This document shows positions 38,450-46,163 of a stretch of DNA of 64,000 nt, one piece after another. Made by a program: the position numbers and the translations under genes. Each line of letters starts with the position of its first letter. Position 1 is the first letter of the stretch. The notes below the pieces were generated by a model. That model was not told the origin of the DNA and did no database searches. It saw only the letters and a program-made list of their open reading frames with translations. Location of the stretch: contig CAILEP010000006.1 in assembly GCA_903833275.1 (NCBI GenBank), positions 259,652 through 323,651 of the forward strand. Reading direction: 5' to 3'. Source of the stretch: an uncultured Bdellovibrionales bacterium (GTDB lineage: Bacteria; Bdellovibrionota; Bdellovibrionia; Bdellovibrionales; UBA1609).

Positions 38450-38844
38450 TTTTTTACTCCTTCGTTTTAGTAAGGTCTGACAGTCAAACGCAATTGCCGA
38501 CTCTCACTCTATTTTCACGCCAAAATCTATTGGCGACAATCAAATCATTCAAAAAGTGCGCGACATATATCTAGTAAGACTCGACTCGCGATAGAAAGTA
38601 GCCTCGACCGACACTACGTCTGTAGGCCCTCGGTCTATCAACTCTAAGTCTGATCGAACTTCGTCGAGCTCGACTCGACTTACAGCCAAATAAAACTTCA
38701 TCTTTCGTCGAGAAATTCTCGACCAACATCCTCCCCCAGACTCGCACTAAGACCAGATCGCTTCTATCGAAAGTCTAGATTCGCTCGACGCGACTTAAGA
38801 ATGTGCTGGCCTCGCCGAATGGTTTGGTACAAACGTCGATCAAT

Positions 38845-38872
38845 CAAAGGTCAGATGACCCTTGGTCGAGAA
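38845..38872 (+). promoter_or_regulatory. possible sigma-28 promoter of flagellin 3
   Basis: CAAA-N16-GTCGAGAA. This is weaker than the other three: imperfect -35, and a 6/8 match at -10. Confidence 0.4.
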
Positions 38873-38974
38873 AGATCGAGAAAAGTTAGCCCAGAAGGCT
38901 ATCGAGTTTGTTGCAGTCCAAGGGTGAAGGTGAGGAAGCCCTGTGGACAGTAAAACACATTTAAGGAGGCCAAA

Positions 38975-39808
38975 ATGGGCTTACGAGTAACGACAAATCT
39001 TCCATCCCTAGCAGCACAAAAAGAAATGGGTACAATCACCCGCGACTTGCAGAAGAGTTTTGCACAACTCTCTTCAGGCAGTCGAATTACCAAGGCCGCA
39101 GATGATGCAGCCGGCTTGTCTATGAGCGAAGTGTTGAAATCAACAATTCGCGGTTATCGCCAAGCGCATCGCAACGCTGAAGACGGCGTGTCGATGGTGC
39201 AAGTGGCTGAAGGTGGAATGAGCGAAATTTCGAACATGTTAGTGCGCATGCGTGAATTGGCGGTTCAAAGTGCATCTGACACTATTGCCGATCGCGAGCG
39301 TGGCTTTGTAGATTTAGAAGCTCAGCAACTTAAAAACGAAATTCAGCGTATCGCACAGACCACTAGATTCGGCTCAATCAAACTTCTTGATGGTTCAGGC
39401 GACAAATATGGCTTTCAAATTGATATTAACAATGACGACTTTAAAGATCGTATCAGTTTCGATGCCAGCAAAACAAATGTTCAACTTGGAGCACTCGGAA
39501 TTGACGGTATGGAGCTCGCCTCAAAAGACGGCGCTCATAACGCACTTGAAATTATCGAAGACGCACAGGTGAAATTGAACAGCAACCGCGCAAATTTGGG
39601 CGCAATGCAGAATCGTTTGATTTCAACTCAAGAGAACTTGTCGACATCAATCGAGAACTTCTCAGCTGCGAACTCGCGCATCCGTGACACAGACATTGCT
39701 GAATCTTCTGCGAACTTGGCTCGTGGGCAAGTTTTGCAACAAGCAACAGTTGGTGTAATGGCGCAAGCGAATCAGAGCACCGCAGTTGCACTGAAATTAA
39801 TTGCCTAA
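38975..39808 (+). CDS. fliC: flagellin (paralog 3, 277 aa)
   Basis: MGLRVTTNLPSLAAQK, DDAAGLSMSE, and C-terminal ARGQVLQQATVGVMAQANQSTAVALKLI. AAGGAGG RBS. Confidence 0.95.
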   Translation: MGLRVTTNLPSLAAQKEMGTITRDLQKSFAQLSSGSRITKAADDAAGLSMSEVLKSTIRGYRQAHRNAEDGVSMVQVAEGGMSEISNMLVRMRELAVQSASDTIADRERGFVDLEAQQLKNEIQRIAQTTRFGSIKLLDGSGDKYGFQIDINNDDFKDRISFDASKTNVQLGALGIDGMELASKDGAHNALEIIEDAQVKLNSNRANLGAMQNRLISTQENLSTSIENFSAANSRIRDTDIAESSANLARGQVLQQATVGVMAQANQSTAVALKLIA

Positions 39809-39898
39809 GCAATTAATTGAATAAGCGGCGCGATTTCTTATTATAGTGTTTTAAAGTTCGGGCGAAGTTGAGGTCTCGATTTCGCCTGACCTCACCCT

Positions 39899-39925
39899 CG
39901 AGGGGTTTTCTGGCCCCTCGTTTTT
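39899..39925 (+). terminator. intrinsic terminator after flagellin 3
   Basis: Stem CGAGGGG / CCCCTCG with an 8-nt loop, followed by TTTTT. Confidence 0.65.
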
Positions 39926-40129
39926 ACCGGGTGATTAATAGTATTGAGGCCCGATTGCGAATGGTTTTAACCAAAGGCGATCGATCCGATCGAAATCTAC
40001 TCGACGATAGTCCTGACTCATCAGGACCAAAATCCAAAAATGCCTTCAAAATACAAGACAAAGGTCGAGTTTGCGCGAGACCTACGTCTAGTTTACACGC
40101 GACTATGGTCCAGTTTAGCTGGACTCGAC

Positions 40130-40156
40130 TAAAGGTTGCCTCGACCTGGCCGAAGA
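40130..40156 (+). promoter_or_regulatory. sigma-28 promoter of flagellin 4 (predicts a leader of about 240 nt)
   Basis: TAAA-N15-GCCGAAGA. The spacer (GGTTGCCTCGACC) is alignable with the flagellin-2 promoter spacer (GTTACCTAGACC). Confidence 0.55.
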
Positions 40157-40397
40157 GAGGGTATCAACAACGAGCCATTCCTTAGTCCGGCTCACTGTAG
40201 AGAATCTCACGCGAGTGACTGCGCGAGAGGTTTTCGTAAGCACCTCGACGAAAGTCGGGCGCATAAAGGTGGAAGGACATAAAGAATAGCTCCAACGTGT
40301 TCAACCAATGCACTCGGATGGTGCGATTGCTCGGCGGTTTTGTAGGGAGACCGCTGAGCAAGTGAGAAGGATTCTCAACTAACCAAGGAGGCTCAAA

Positions 40398-41231
40398 ATG
40401 AGTTTACGAGTCGCAACAAACATTCCTTCAATAGCAGCGCAAAAGACGTTGGATAGCACCCAACGAGATATGGAAAAATCTTTTGCACAACTTTCATCTG
40501 GCAGCCGAATTACAAAGGCAGCGGATGATGCAGCCGGCTTGTCAATCAGCGAGACGTTGAAATCAACGATTCGCGGTTACGGCCAAGCCAAGCGAAACGC
40601 CAGTGATGCGATTTCGATGGTGCAGGTTTCGGAAGGTGGGCTTGGTGAAGTTTCGAACATCCTCTCACGCATGCGCGAGTTGGGCGTTCAAGCTGCATCT
40701 GATACTGTAGGCGATAAAGAACGTGGGTTCATCGACCTCGAAGTTCAGCAAATGAAAATGGAAGTGCAACGTATTGCACAGACCACACGCTTCGGTAGCG
40801 TAAAATTGCTCGACGGATCAGGTGGAAATTATCAGTTCCAAGTCGACATTAACAATGATGACTTTAACGATCGTATTACCTTCGATGCTGGCAAACAAAA
40901 CGTACAAACCGGCAACATTGGTATCGATAGTTTTGATTTTAACTCTAAAGATGGCGCACGAAGTGCACTAGATGTCTTAGAGACGGCGCAACAACAAGTG
41001 AATGGCCAGCGAGCTACGCTCGGCGCGATTCAGAATCGCTTGATCTCGACACAAGAGAATTTGAGTTCTTCGATTGAGAATTTCTCAGCCGCAAACTCTC
41101 GAATTCGCGACACAGACATTGCTGAGTCTTCAGCTAACTTGGCTCGTGGGCAAGTTCTGCAGCAAGCAACAATCAGCGTATTGGCTCAGGCAAATCAGAG
41201 CACAGCCGCTGCATTGAAACTGGTCGGTTAA
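40398..41231 (+). CDS. fliC: flagellin (paralog 4, 277 aa; close paralog of paralog 3)
   Basis: MSLRVATNIPSIAAQK. Shares long identical blocks with paralog 3 (KSFAQLSSGSRITKAADDAAGLS; SIENFSAANSRIRDTDIAESSANLARGQVLQQAT). Confidence 0.95.
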   Translation: MSLRVATNIPSIAAQKTLDSTQRDMEKSFAQLSSGSRITKAADDAAGLSISETLKSTIRGYGQAKRNASDAISMVQVSEGGLGEVSNILSRMRELGVQAASDTVGDKERGFIDLEVQQMKMEVQRIAQTTRFGSVKLLDGSGGNYQFQVDINNDDFNDRITFDAGKQNVQTGNIGIDSFDFNSKDGARSALDVLETAQQQVNGQRATLGAIQNRLISTQENLSSSIENFSAANSRIRDTDIAESSANLARGQVLQQATISVLAQANQSTAAALKLVG

Positions 41232-41252
41232 TTTATTTTAGAAAAACGATTT

Positions 41253-41276
41253 GGAGAGCGAGCCTCCTCGCCCTCC
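41253..41276 (+). terminator. stem-loop after flagellin 4 (possible terminator, no T-tract)
   Basis: GGAGAGCGAG-CCTC-CTCGCCCTCC, 10-bp stem with one mismatch. No U-run follows. Confidence 0.3.
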
Positions 41277-41377
41277 AGTACCTCACCTACCCAGGGGGAG
41301 CAATCTCTCTGGGGTACTTTTGGTGATCTAAGGCTCCGTCGAGTCTAGAAAAGGTTGAGGGTGCGTGACTATATCGA

Positions 41378-41800
41378 TTGAGTCAGGGGGGCGCTAAGGC
41401 TCAGTTGTATTTCTCCGATAGAGATGGCGTGAACATACGATCGGTTACGAACCCCATTCTACCGCCAGAGATCAATCGCGTTGGTACAGCCCGCGATGTG
41501 AAGACAGGTACAAGCTCAGAAGACCGCGACGCCAATGGGCGCCGAGAGCAGAATCAAGAGCAAAACAAAAATCCACTCTCTGAAGAAGAAATGAAAAAGG
41601 CACGAGATTATCTCGAGGGCTTAACTGGACTAAAAGCCAATGGCCTTTCGATTGAGGTCAGTGACTCAAACGGTGTTAAATTTTTTCTTATCAAAAATGA
41701 CCAAGGCCAAGTCATACGTCGTATTTTCGACTGGGAAATGCGCCTTCTCATTGGTGAAACCGACAAAAAGGTCGGTCAGATTTTTGACAAATCGGCCTAA
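41378..41800 (+). CDS. flaG: FlaG-family flagellar protein
   Basis: C-terminal GLSIEVSDSNGVKFFLIKNDQGQVIRRI pattern typical of FlaG, and position before fliD. The start codon is uncertain (non-ATG). Confidence 0.7.
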   Translation: MSQGGAKAQLYFSDRDGVNIRSVTNPILPPEINRVGTARDVKTGTSSEDRDANGRREQNQEQNKNPLSEEEMKKARDYLEGLTGLKANGLSIEVSDSNGVKFFLIKNDQGQVIRRIFDWEMRLLIGETDKKVGQIFDKSA

Positions 41801-41900
41801 ACCGGCCTCTGGTCGATAGCCAGATTATTGGCTCACGCAAAACACATAAAATCGTTGAAAATATAAATGTATCGCAATCACTCTTTTGTGGAGTTTAGTT

Positions 41901-43292
41901 GTGGCAACGGTCACCTTTGGTGGAATAAATTCAGGCTTACCCCCGAACCTCGTGGAGCAAATCCTTGAGTCGGAGAAAACGCCTATCAAGTTGCTCGAGA
42001 AGAAAAAAGAAAAAGCTGAAGGCAAAATGAAGCTCGTCACAGAGCTCGAAGATAAACTTCATGCAGTCGAAACTTCGTTGGGCACTCTCGCTTCTGTTAA
42101 AGGTTTCAATGACATTAAACTAGAGAGCGGCGATCAGAATATCGTGTCGGGCCATGCTGACACCTCGGCGCCTAAAGGGACTTGGAATGTCGAGGTGGTG
42201 CAGTTGGCCCAAAAAGCCTCGGCGATCACCAATGGCTTTCCGGATAAAGACAAAACCCAAATTGGAACGGGGTATTTTAAGTTCGATACTCCGGAGGGTC
42301 AAAAAGAAGTCTACGTAAATAGTTCGAACAATACGCTCGAGGGTGCGGCCAATGCCATTAATTCAGCGGGCATTGGAGTAAAGGCAGCAGTCATTAACGA
42401 TCGAAAGGACCCCGAAAACCCTTTTAAGATTATGCTTTCGGGCGATAACGTAGGCGGCGACAACAAAATTGAATATCCGCGCTTGTACTTTCTCGATGGC
42501 GATCAGGACTTAGAGTTTGAACGTGAAACGCCCGCTTTAAACGGCATTATCAAAGTCGATGGCTTTGAGTTCGAAATTGCGAGCAATACGGTCACCGATG
42601 TTGTGCCTGGTGTGACCCTTGATCTTCGTCAGGCGGCCCCGGGTCGCCAAGTCGCGGTCACCATCAAAGAAAACCGTGAAGTTGTAAGCACCAAAATTGG
42701 TGAGTTCGTAAAAACGATGAATGACGTTTTGGGCTTTATTCAGACCCAGAACCATCTTGATGAGAAAACTGACACCACCAAGACTCTTGGGGGCGATCAG
42801 ATTATCCGCAGCATTCAGGGGCGGCTAACCAATTTAATTCAAAACCAGCAATACGGGGTCAATAGTTCAATCACTCGACTTAACGAGTTGGGCATTGAAA
42901 TCACGCGAACTGGTGTTCTTAAGCTTAACGAAGAAAAATTTAATAACGTTCTTTCAAGGTCTCCAGACGAAGTACGAAAGTTCTTCGCGGGCGATGGGTT
43001 TAATACGGGGTTTGTGCCGTCACTGCGCCGAGAAATTTCGACACTTACGAACCAGGCCTTTGGTTCTATCAGCAATCGAAAAAAGGCCTTGCAGGATGAG
43101 GTCACTCGAATTGACCAGGGGATTGATAATAAGACTCGGCAACTTGGAAGACGTGAAGAGCAGCTTCGCCGTCAATTTGCCAATTTGGAAGAAACGATGG
43201 GGCGACTGAAGCAGCAAGGCGCTGCGGTCGCAAGTATGGGCGCCCCCGCGGGCGGGCTCAACCTTAGTGGGGGCACAATGCAGCAGGGCTAA
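41901..43292 (+). CDS. fliD: flagellar filament cap protein FliD
   Basis: A GTG start after GGAG gives MATVTFGGINSGLPPNLVEQILESEKTPI, a typical FliD N-terminus. C-terminal coiled coil (QLRRQFANLEETMGRLKQQ). Confidence 0.9.
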   Translation: MATVTFGGINSGLPPNLVEQILESEKTPIKLLEKKKEKAEGKMKLVTELEDKLHAVETSLGTLASVKGFNDIKLESGDQNIVSGHADTSAPKGTWNVEVVQLAQKASAITNGFPDKDKTQIGTGYFKFDTPEGQKEVYVNSSNNTLEGAANAINSAGIGVKAAVINDRKDPENPFKIMLSGDNVGGDNKIEYPRLYFLDGDQDLEFERETPALNGIIKVDGFEFEIASNTVTDVVPGVTLDLRQAAPGRQVAVTIKENREVVSTKIGEFVKTMNDVLGFIQTQNHLDEKTDTTKTLGGDQIIRSIQGRLTNLIQNQQYGVNSSITRLNELGIEITRTGVLKLNEEKFNNVLSRSPDEVRKFFAGDGFNTGFVPSLRREISTLTNQAFGSISNRKKALQDEVTRIDQGIDNKTRQLGRREEQLRRQFANLEETMGRLKQQGAAVASMGAPAGGLNLSGGTMQQG

Positions 43293-43345
43293 AAACTAAG
43301 TAATGAAGTGCTAAATAGTTTACAAAAAAAACCGAAAGATAATAC

Positions 43346-43744
43346 ATGAACGACGCATCAAAAAAATATAAAGCCCAAGCTGTTCAGTCAGCCAGTCGCG
43401 AGAAGCTGTTGTTAATGCTTTATGAAGCTGCAATTAAATTCACCAAGCTCGCAATCCAGGCCTGTAACGAAAAGAATATTTCTAACCGGGGCTACAATAT
43501 TGGTCGCGCCTTCGACATCGTAAATGAGCTTAATAATTCGTTGAATCATAATGTGGCCGCAGAGATCGCTAAAAACCTCGAGCAACTTTACATGTTCGTC
43601 ACGGATCAGTATGTGCAGGCCAATATTTCTGGCAAAGCCAAGCCACTTGAAGACGCCCTAAAAGTTCTCGAGATTTTATACAGTGGTTGGTTACAGGCCG
43701 TAGAGAAGATTAAGAAAGATAATAAAGTGGGTAAGCCCGCGTAG
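43346..43744 (+). CDS. fliS: flagellin-specific export chaperone FliS
   Basis: KYKAQAVQSASREKLLLMLYEAAIKF...LEQLYMFV pattern, 132 aa. Confidence 0.9.
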   Translation: MNDASKKYKAQAVQSASREKLLLMLYEAAIKFTKLAIQACNEKNISNRGYNIGRAFDIVNELNNSLNHNVAAEIAKNLEQLYMFVTDQYVQANISGKAKPLEDALKVLEILYSGWLQAVEKIKKDNKVGKPA

Positions 43745-43803
43745 AGATTGTTTTTAAATTTAGATTTTAACGCAACGCCAGGAAGGCAAAAACAGGAGAG
43801 ACA

Positions 43804-44247
43804 ATGAAGTCGTCAGAAACGCCCCAGACCGTCGTCGAATTATTATGTGAGAAAAATTTCTATCTTGAAAAATTCTATAGTTTAAATGAGAGCCAGCTTG
43901 AGTTTATCCAAGCCCACAGGTTTGAGGGGCTTGAAACCTTCTATCGCACCCGCGACGGGATTCTCGACATCATTCGAAAAATCGACGAATTGGTCGACAC
44001 CTCTTACGATATCCCCAAGAGTCTTGCGGATGTTGACCAGGTGATGAAGGGGCAAATTATTGAGTGCCTGCAAATTAAAAACAATTTGGTAGCAAAAATT
44101 CTCGAGCAAGACCTTCAAATTCTTTCGGCCATCGAAAGTGCGAAGTCTTTTGTAATCAAAGAACTCGCACAAGTGCGGGGCGCCCGAAAGGCGATTGGTG
44201 CCTATAAGTCGGGCCCGGCGAATAAACGCCTGGACGAAGAGGCATAA
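43804..44247 (+). CDS. helical hypothetical protein after fliS (possible FliT/FlgN-like chaperone)
   Basis: 147 aa, predicted all-helical, AGGAGAG RBS. It sits where fliT is often found. No motif-level identification. Confidence 0.55.
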   Translation: MKSSETPQTVVELLCEKNFYLEKFYSLNESQLEFIQAHRFEGLETFYRTRDGILDIIRKIDELVDTSYDIPKSLADVDQVMKGQIIECLQIKNNLVAKILEQDLQILSAIESAKSFVIKELAQVRGARKAIGAYKSGPANKRLDEEA

Positions 44248-44367
44248 ACTAAATAATCTCGACCTTAATTCAGACAAAATACTGACGTCCGGTCAAATCG
44301 GTTCAGTCGAAAACTTGACGACCGATCTGTTTTTTAAACCCAAATTGAACCTCGCGCATTTCGATGC

Positions 44368-44383
44368 TGGCACCCAAGTTGCT
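44368..44383 (+). promoter_or_regulatory. sigma-54 promoter of the TPR/GT9 operon
   Basis: TGGCAC-CCAAG-TTGCT with exact GG-N10-GC spacing, 30 nt upstream of the ATG at 44413. Confidence 0.75.
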
Positions 44384-44412
44384 CTAGATATCCTCGAACG
44401 AGGAGTCAAACT

Positions 44413-45540
44413 ATGTCTAGACCAGAGTCTGAACGCGAACCATCATTTCAAATTGCTAAAGAAGAGATCGCTTCACCAGAGCATTTTGCTCCTGGTCTTG
44501 CGGCGCGGCCGTTAAATCTTCGAAAGCAAACGATCGCCGAATTCGACCTCGAATTAAAGAGAGATTCGATACAACGCGAGAACAAGGCGAAATTCGACAT
44601 CCGCACGGGGTCTTCAGCCGAGCCCCAAAGTGTCGCGAACACCGAAATGGCTGAACATCTCGCCAATGCTCAGCTTTTAGTACGTGAAAGAGAATTTCAA
44701 GTAGCACAAAGTCTTTTTAGAGCCGCACTCAAAGTGGACCCTCGCAATGAAATTGCAATTCGCGGCATGGCCGAGTGTGCCCGCGAGCAACATCAGCACG
44801 AAGAGGCCATTCACGTGTTGAAAACGCTTGTGAGCGCTCACACCACCGCCGAAAACTACAAGCTACTCGCAGACGAATTATTTGCCCTTGAGTACAATCA
44901 AGACGCGCTCGAGGCCTATATGCGAGCTTTAACCGCTCCGGGCATCGATGAGTCGATGTTATTTGGCATATACAAAAATGTAGGCAACGTTCTATTGCGC
45001 CTCGGGGATGCCGACGGCGCTGAAGAGTATTACAACAAAGCTTACACGGTTGACCCTGATTCTGATGTTCTGCTGGTGAACTTTGGTTCGCTGGCACTTT
45101 ATCGGGGGCAGCTCGACAAAGCCTTGGCGCGATTTCGTGCGGCGGTTTCAATAAACGATAAAAACGATAAGGCGTGGGTCGGGCTGGCTATGATCCATCG
45201 CGAGTACGGCGATAGCGAACTCGCGTGGGCCAATGTTGAAAAGGCCCTCGATATATTGCCAGGCAATGAGTCGGGTATAAAACTTGTAGCGGAGTGGGCT
45301 TTAAAAGATAACGAAATCGAAAAAGCAATTCGTCGAATAGAGGCGTATTTGCAGGTCGACGTTGAAAACGCTCAAATGTCGATGTGGCTCGCAAAGTTCT
45401 ATTACTTTTCAAGTCGCCTCGAGCACGCACTAGTTGAAATTGAAAAGGCCCTCTATCTCAACCCTGAACTTGAAGGGGCCGAAGAAGTTTTAGGTGTGAT
45501 TCGCGCAGAAATCCAAGAACGAGAGGTTCGGGCGCAATGA
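44413..45540 (+). CDS. TPR-repeat protein
   Basis: About 100 aa of non-repeat N-terminus, then multiple 34-aa TPR-like units (AQSLFRAALKVDPRNEIA..., AEEYYNKAYTVDPDSD..., ALARFRAAVSINDKNDKA...). Confidence 0.8.
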   Translation: MSRPESEREPSFQIAKEEIASPEHFAPGLAARPLNLRKQTIAEFDLELKRDSIQRENKAKFDIRTGSSAEPQSVANTEMAEHLANAQLLVREREFQVAQSLFRAALKVDPRNEIAIRGMAECAREQHQHEEAIHVLKTLVSAHTTAENYKLLADELFALEYNQDALEAYMRALTAPGIDESMLFGIYKNVGNVLLRLGDADGAEEYYNKAYTVDPDSDVLLVNFGSLALYRGQLDKALARFRAAVSINDKNDKAWVGLAMIHREYGDSELAWANVEKALDILPGNESGIKLVAEWALKDNEIEKAIRRIEAYLQVDVENAQMSMWLAKFYYFSSRLEHALVEIEKALYLNPELEGAEEVLGVIRAEIQEREVRAQ

Positions 45541-46163
45541 TCGAACGGGTAAAAGCCAAGGATGGGCAAACTATTCTCAAATTGAACGGGCGACAAATTT
45601 GCACCTCGTTGAACCCATTGCGAGAGGCCCGAGATTGGGTCAAAAAGAATTCACGTCGGTTCGCCGAGATGAAAACAGTGATAGTAATCGGTGTGGGCTG
45701 CGGTTTTCATCTGGCAGAGATTCGCCGCCGCTTTGAAAACACAAAAATTGTCGCTCTTGATTTTAATCAAGAGCTGATAGACTTTTCTGCCGAAACACAC
45801 GGGCTTGATTTGGTTGGCGCGGAACTGATAAAAGTGGGTTCTGTGACCGAAGTGGCGAAGAATAGCACGATTCGGGCCGCAATCGCAGGTTCGTACGCGG
45901 TCGTGCGGTTTATGCCCTGCACGAACCAACAGCTTGAGCAATATAACGAACTAGAATGCACTATGCTTGGCCGAAACATTCTCGGCTTTAAAATGGTAGT
46001 GGGTGCGCGCGCGCGAATGGGCGAAATTTTTAACCCCAAAGTCAACATGGCCGCGATCACCTCGAACCCTACGGTGACAATTAAGAGTTTATTTGAGTCG
46101 CTCGGCCCTAATGAAACTTCTGAGAGTTTGATGGTCAGAGCACTCAGAGAGTTGGTCAATTGA
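45537..46163 (+). CDS. hypothetical protein resembling the N-terminal module of Maf (motility accessory factor) proteins
   Basis: LNGRQICTSLNPLREARDWVKKN...KTVIVIGVGCGFHLAEIRRRF...KIVALDFNQELIDF matches, from memory, the Maf N-terminal pattern. At 208 aa it is too short to hold the MptE-like catalytic domain. ATGA overlap with the TPR gene. Confidence 0.45.
   Translation: MIERVKAKDGQTILKLNGRQICTSLNPLREARDWVKKNSRRFAEMKTVIVIGVGCGFHLAEIRRRFENTKIVALDFNQELIDFSAETHGLDLVGAELIKVGSVTEVAKNSTIRAAIAGSYAVVRFMPCTNQQLEQYNELECTMLGRNILGFKMVVGARARMGEIFNPKVNMAAITSNPTVTIKSLFESLGPNETSESLMVRALRELVN

Noticed and set aside
39868-40185. 105-aa plus-strand ORF in the flagellin 3-4 spacer
   Set aside because: It begins inside the flagellin-3 terminator region and runs through the predicted sigma-28 promoter of flagellin 4. 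It has no RBS, a non-ATG start and an Arg/Ser-rich composition. The spacer is better explained as regulatory DNA.
44729-45151. 140-aa minus-strand ORF
   Set aside because: It is antisense within the TPR-protein gene, and its Arg/Cys/Pro-rich composition marks it as a shadow frame.
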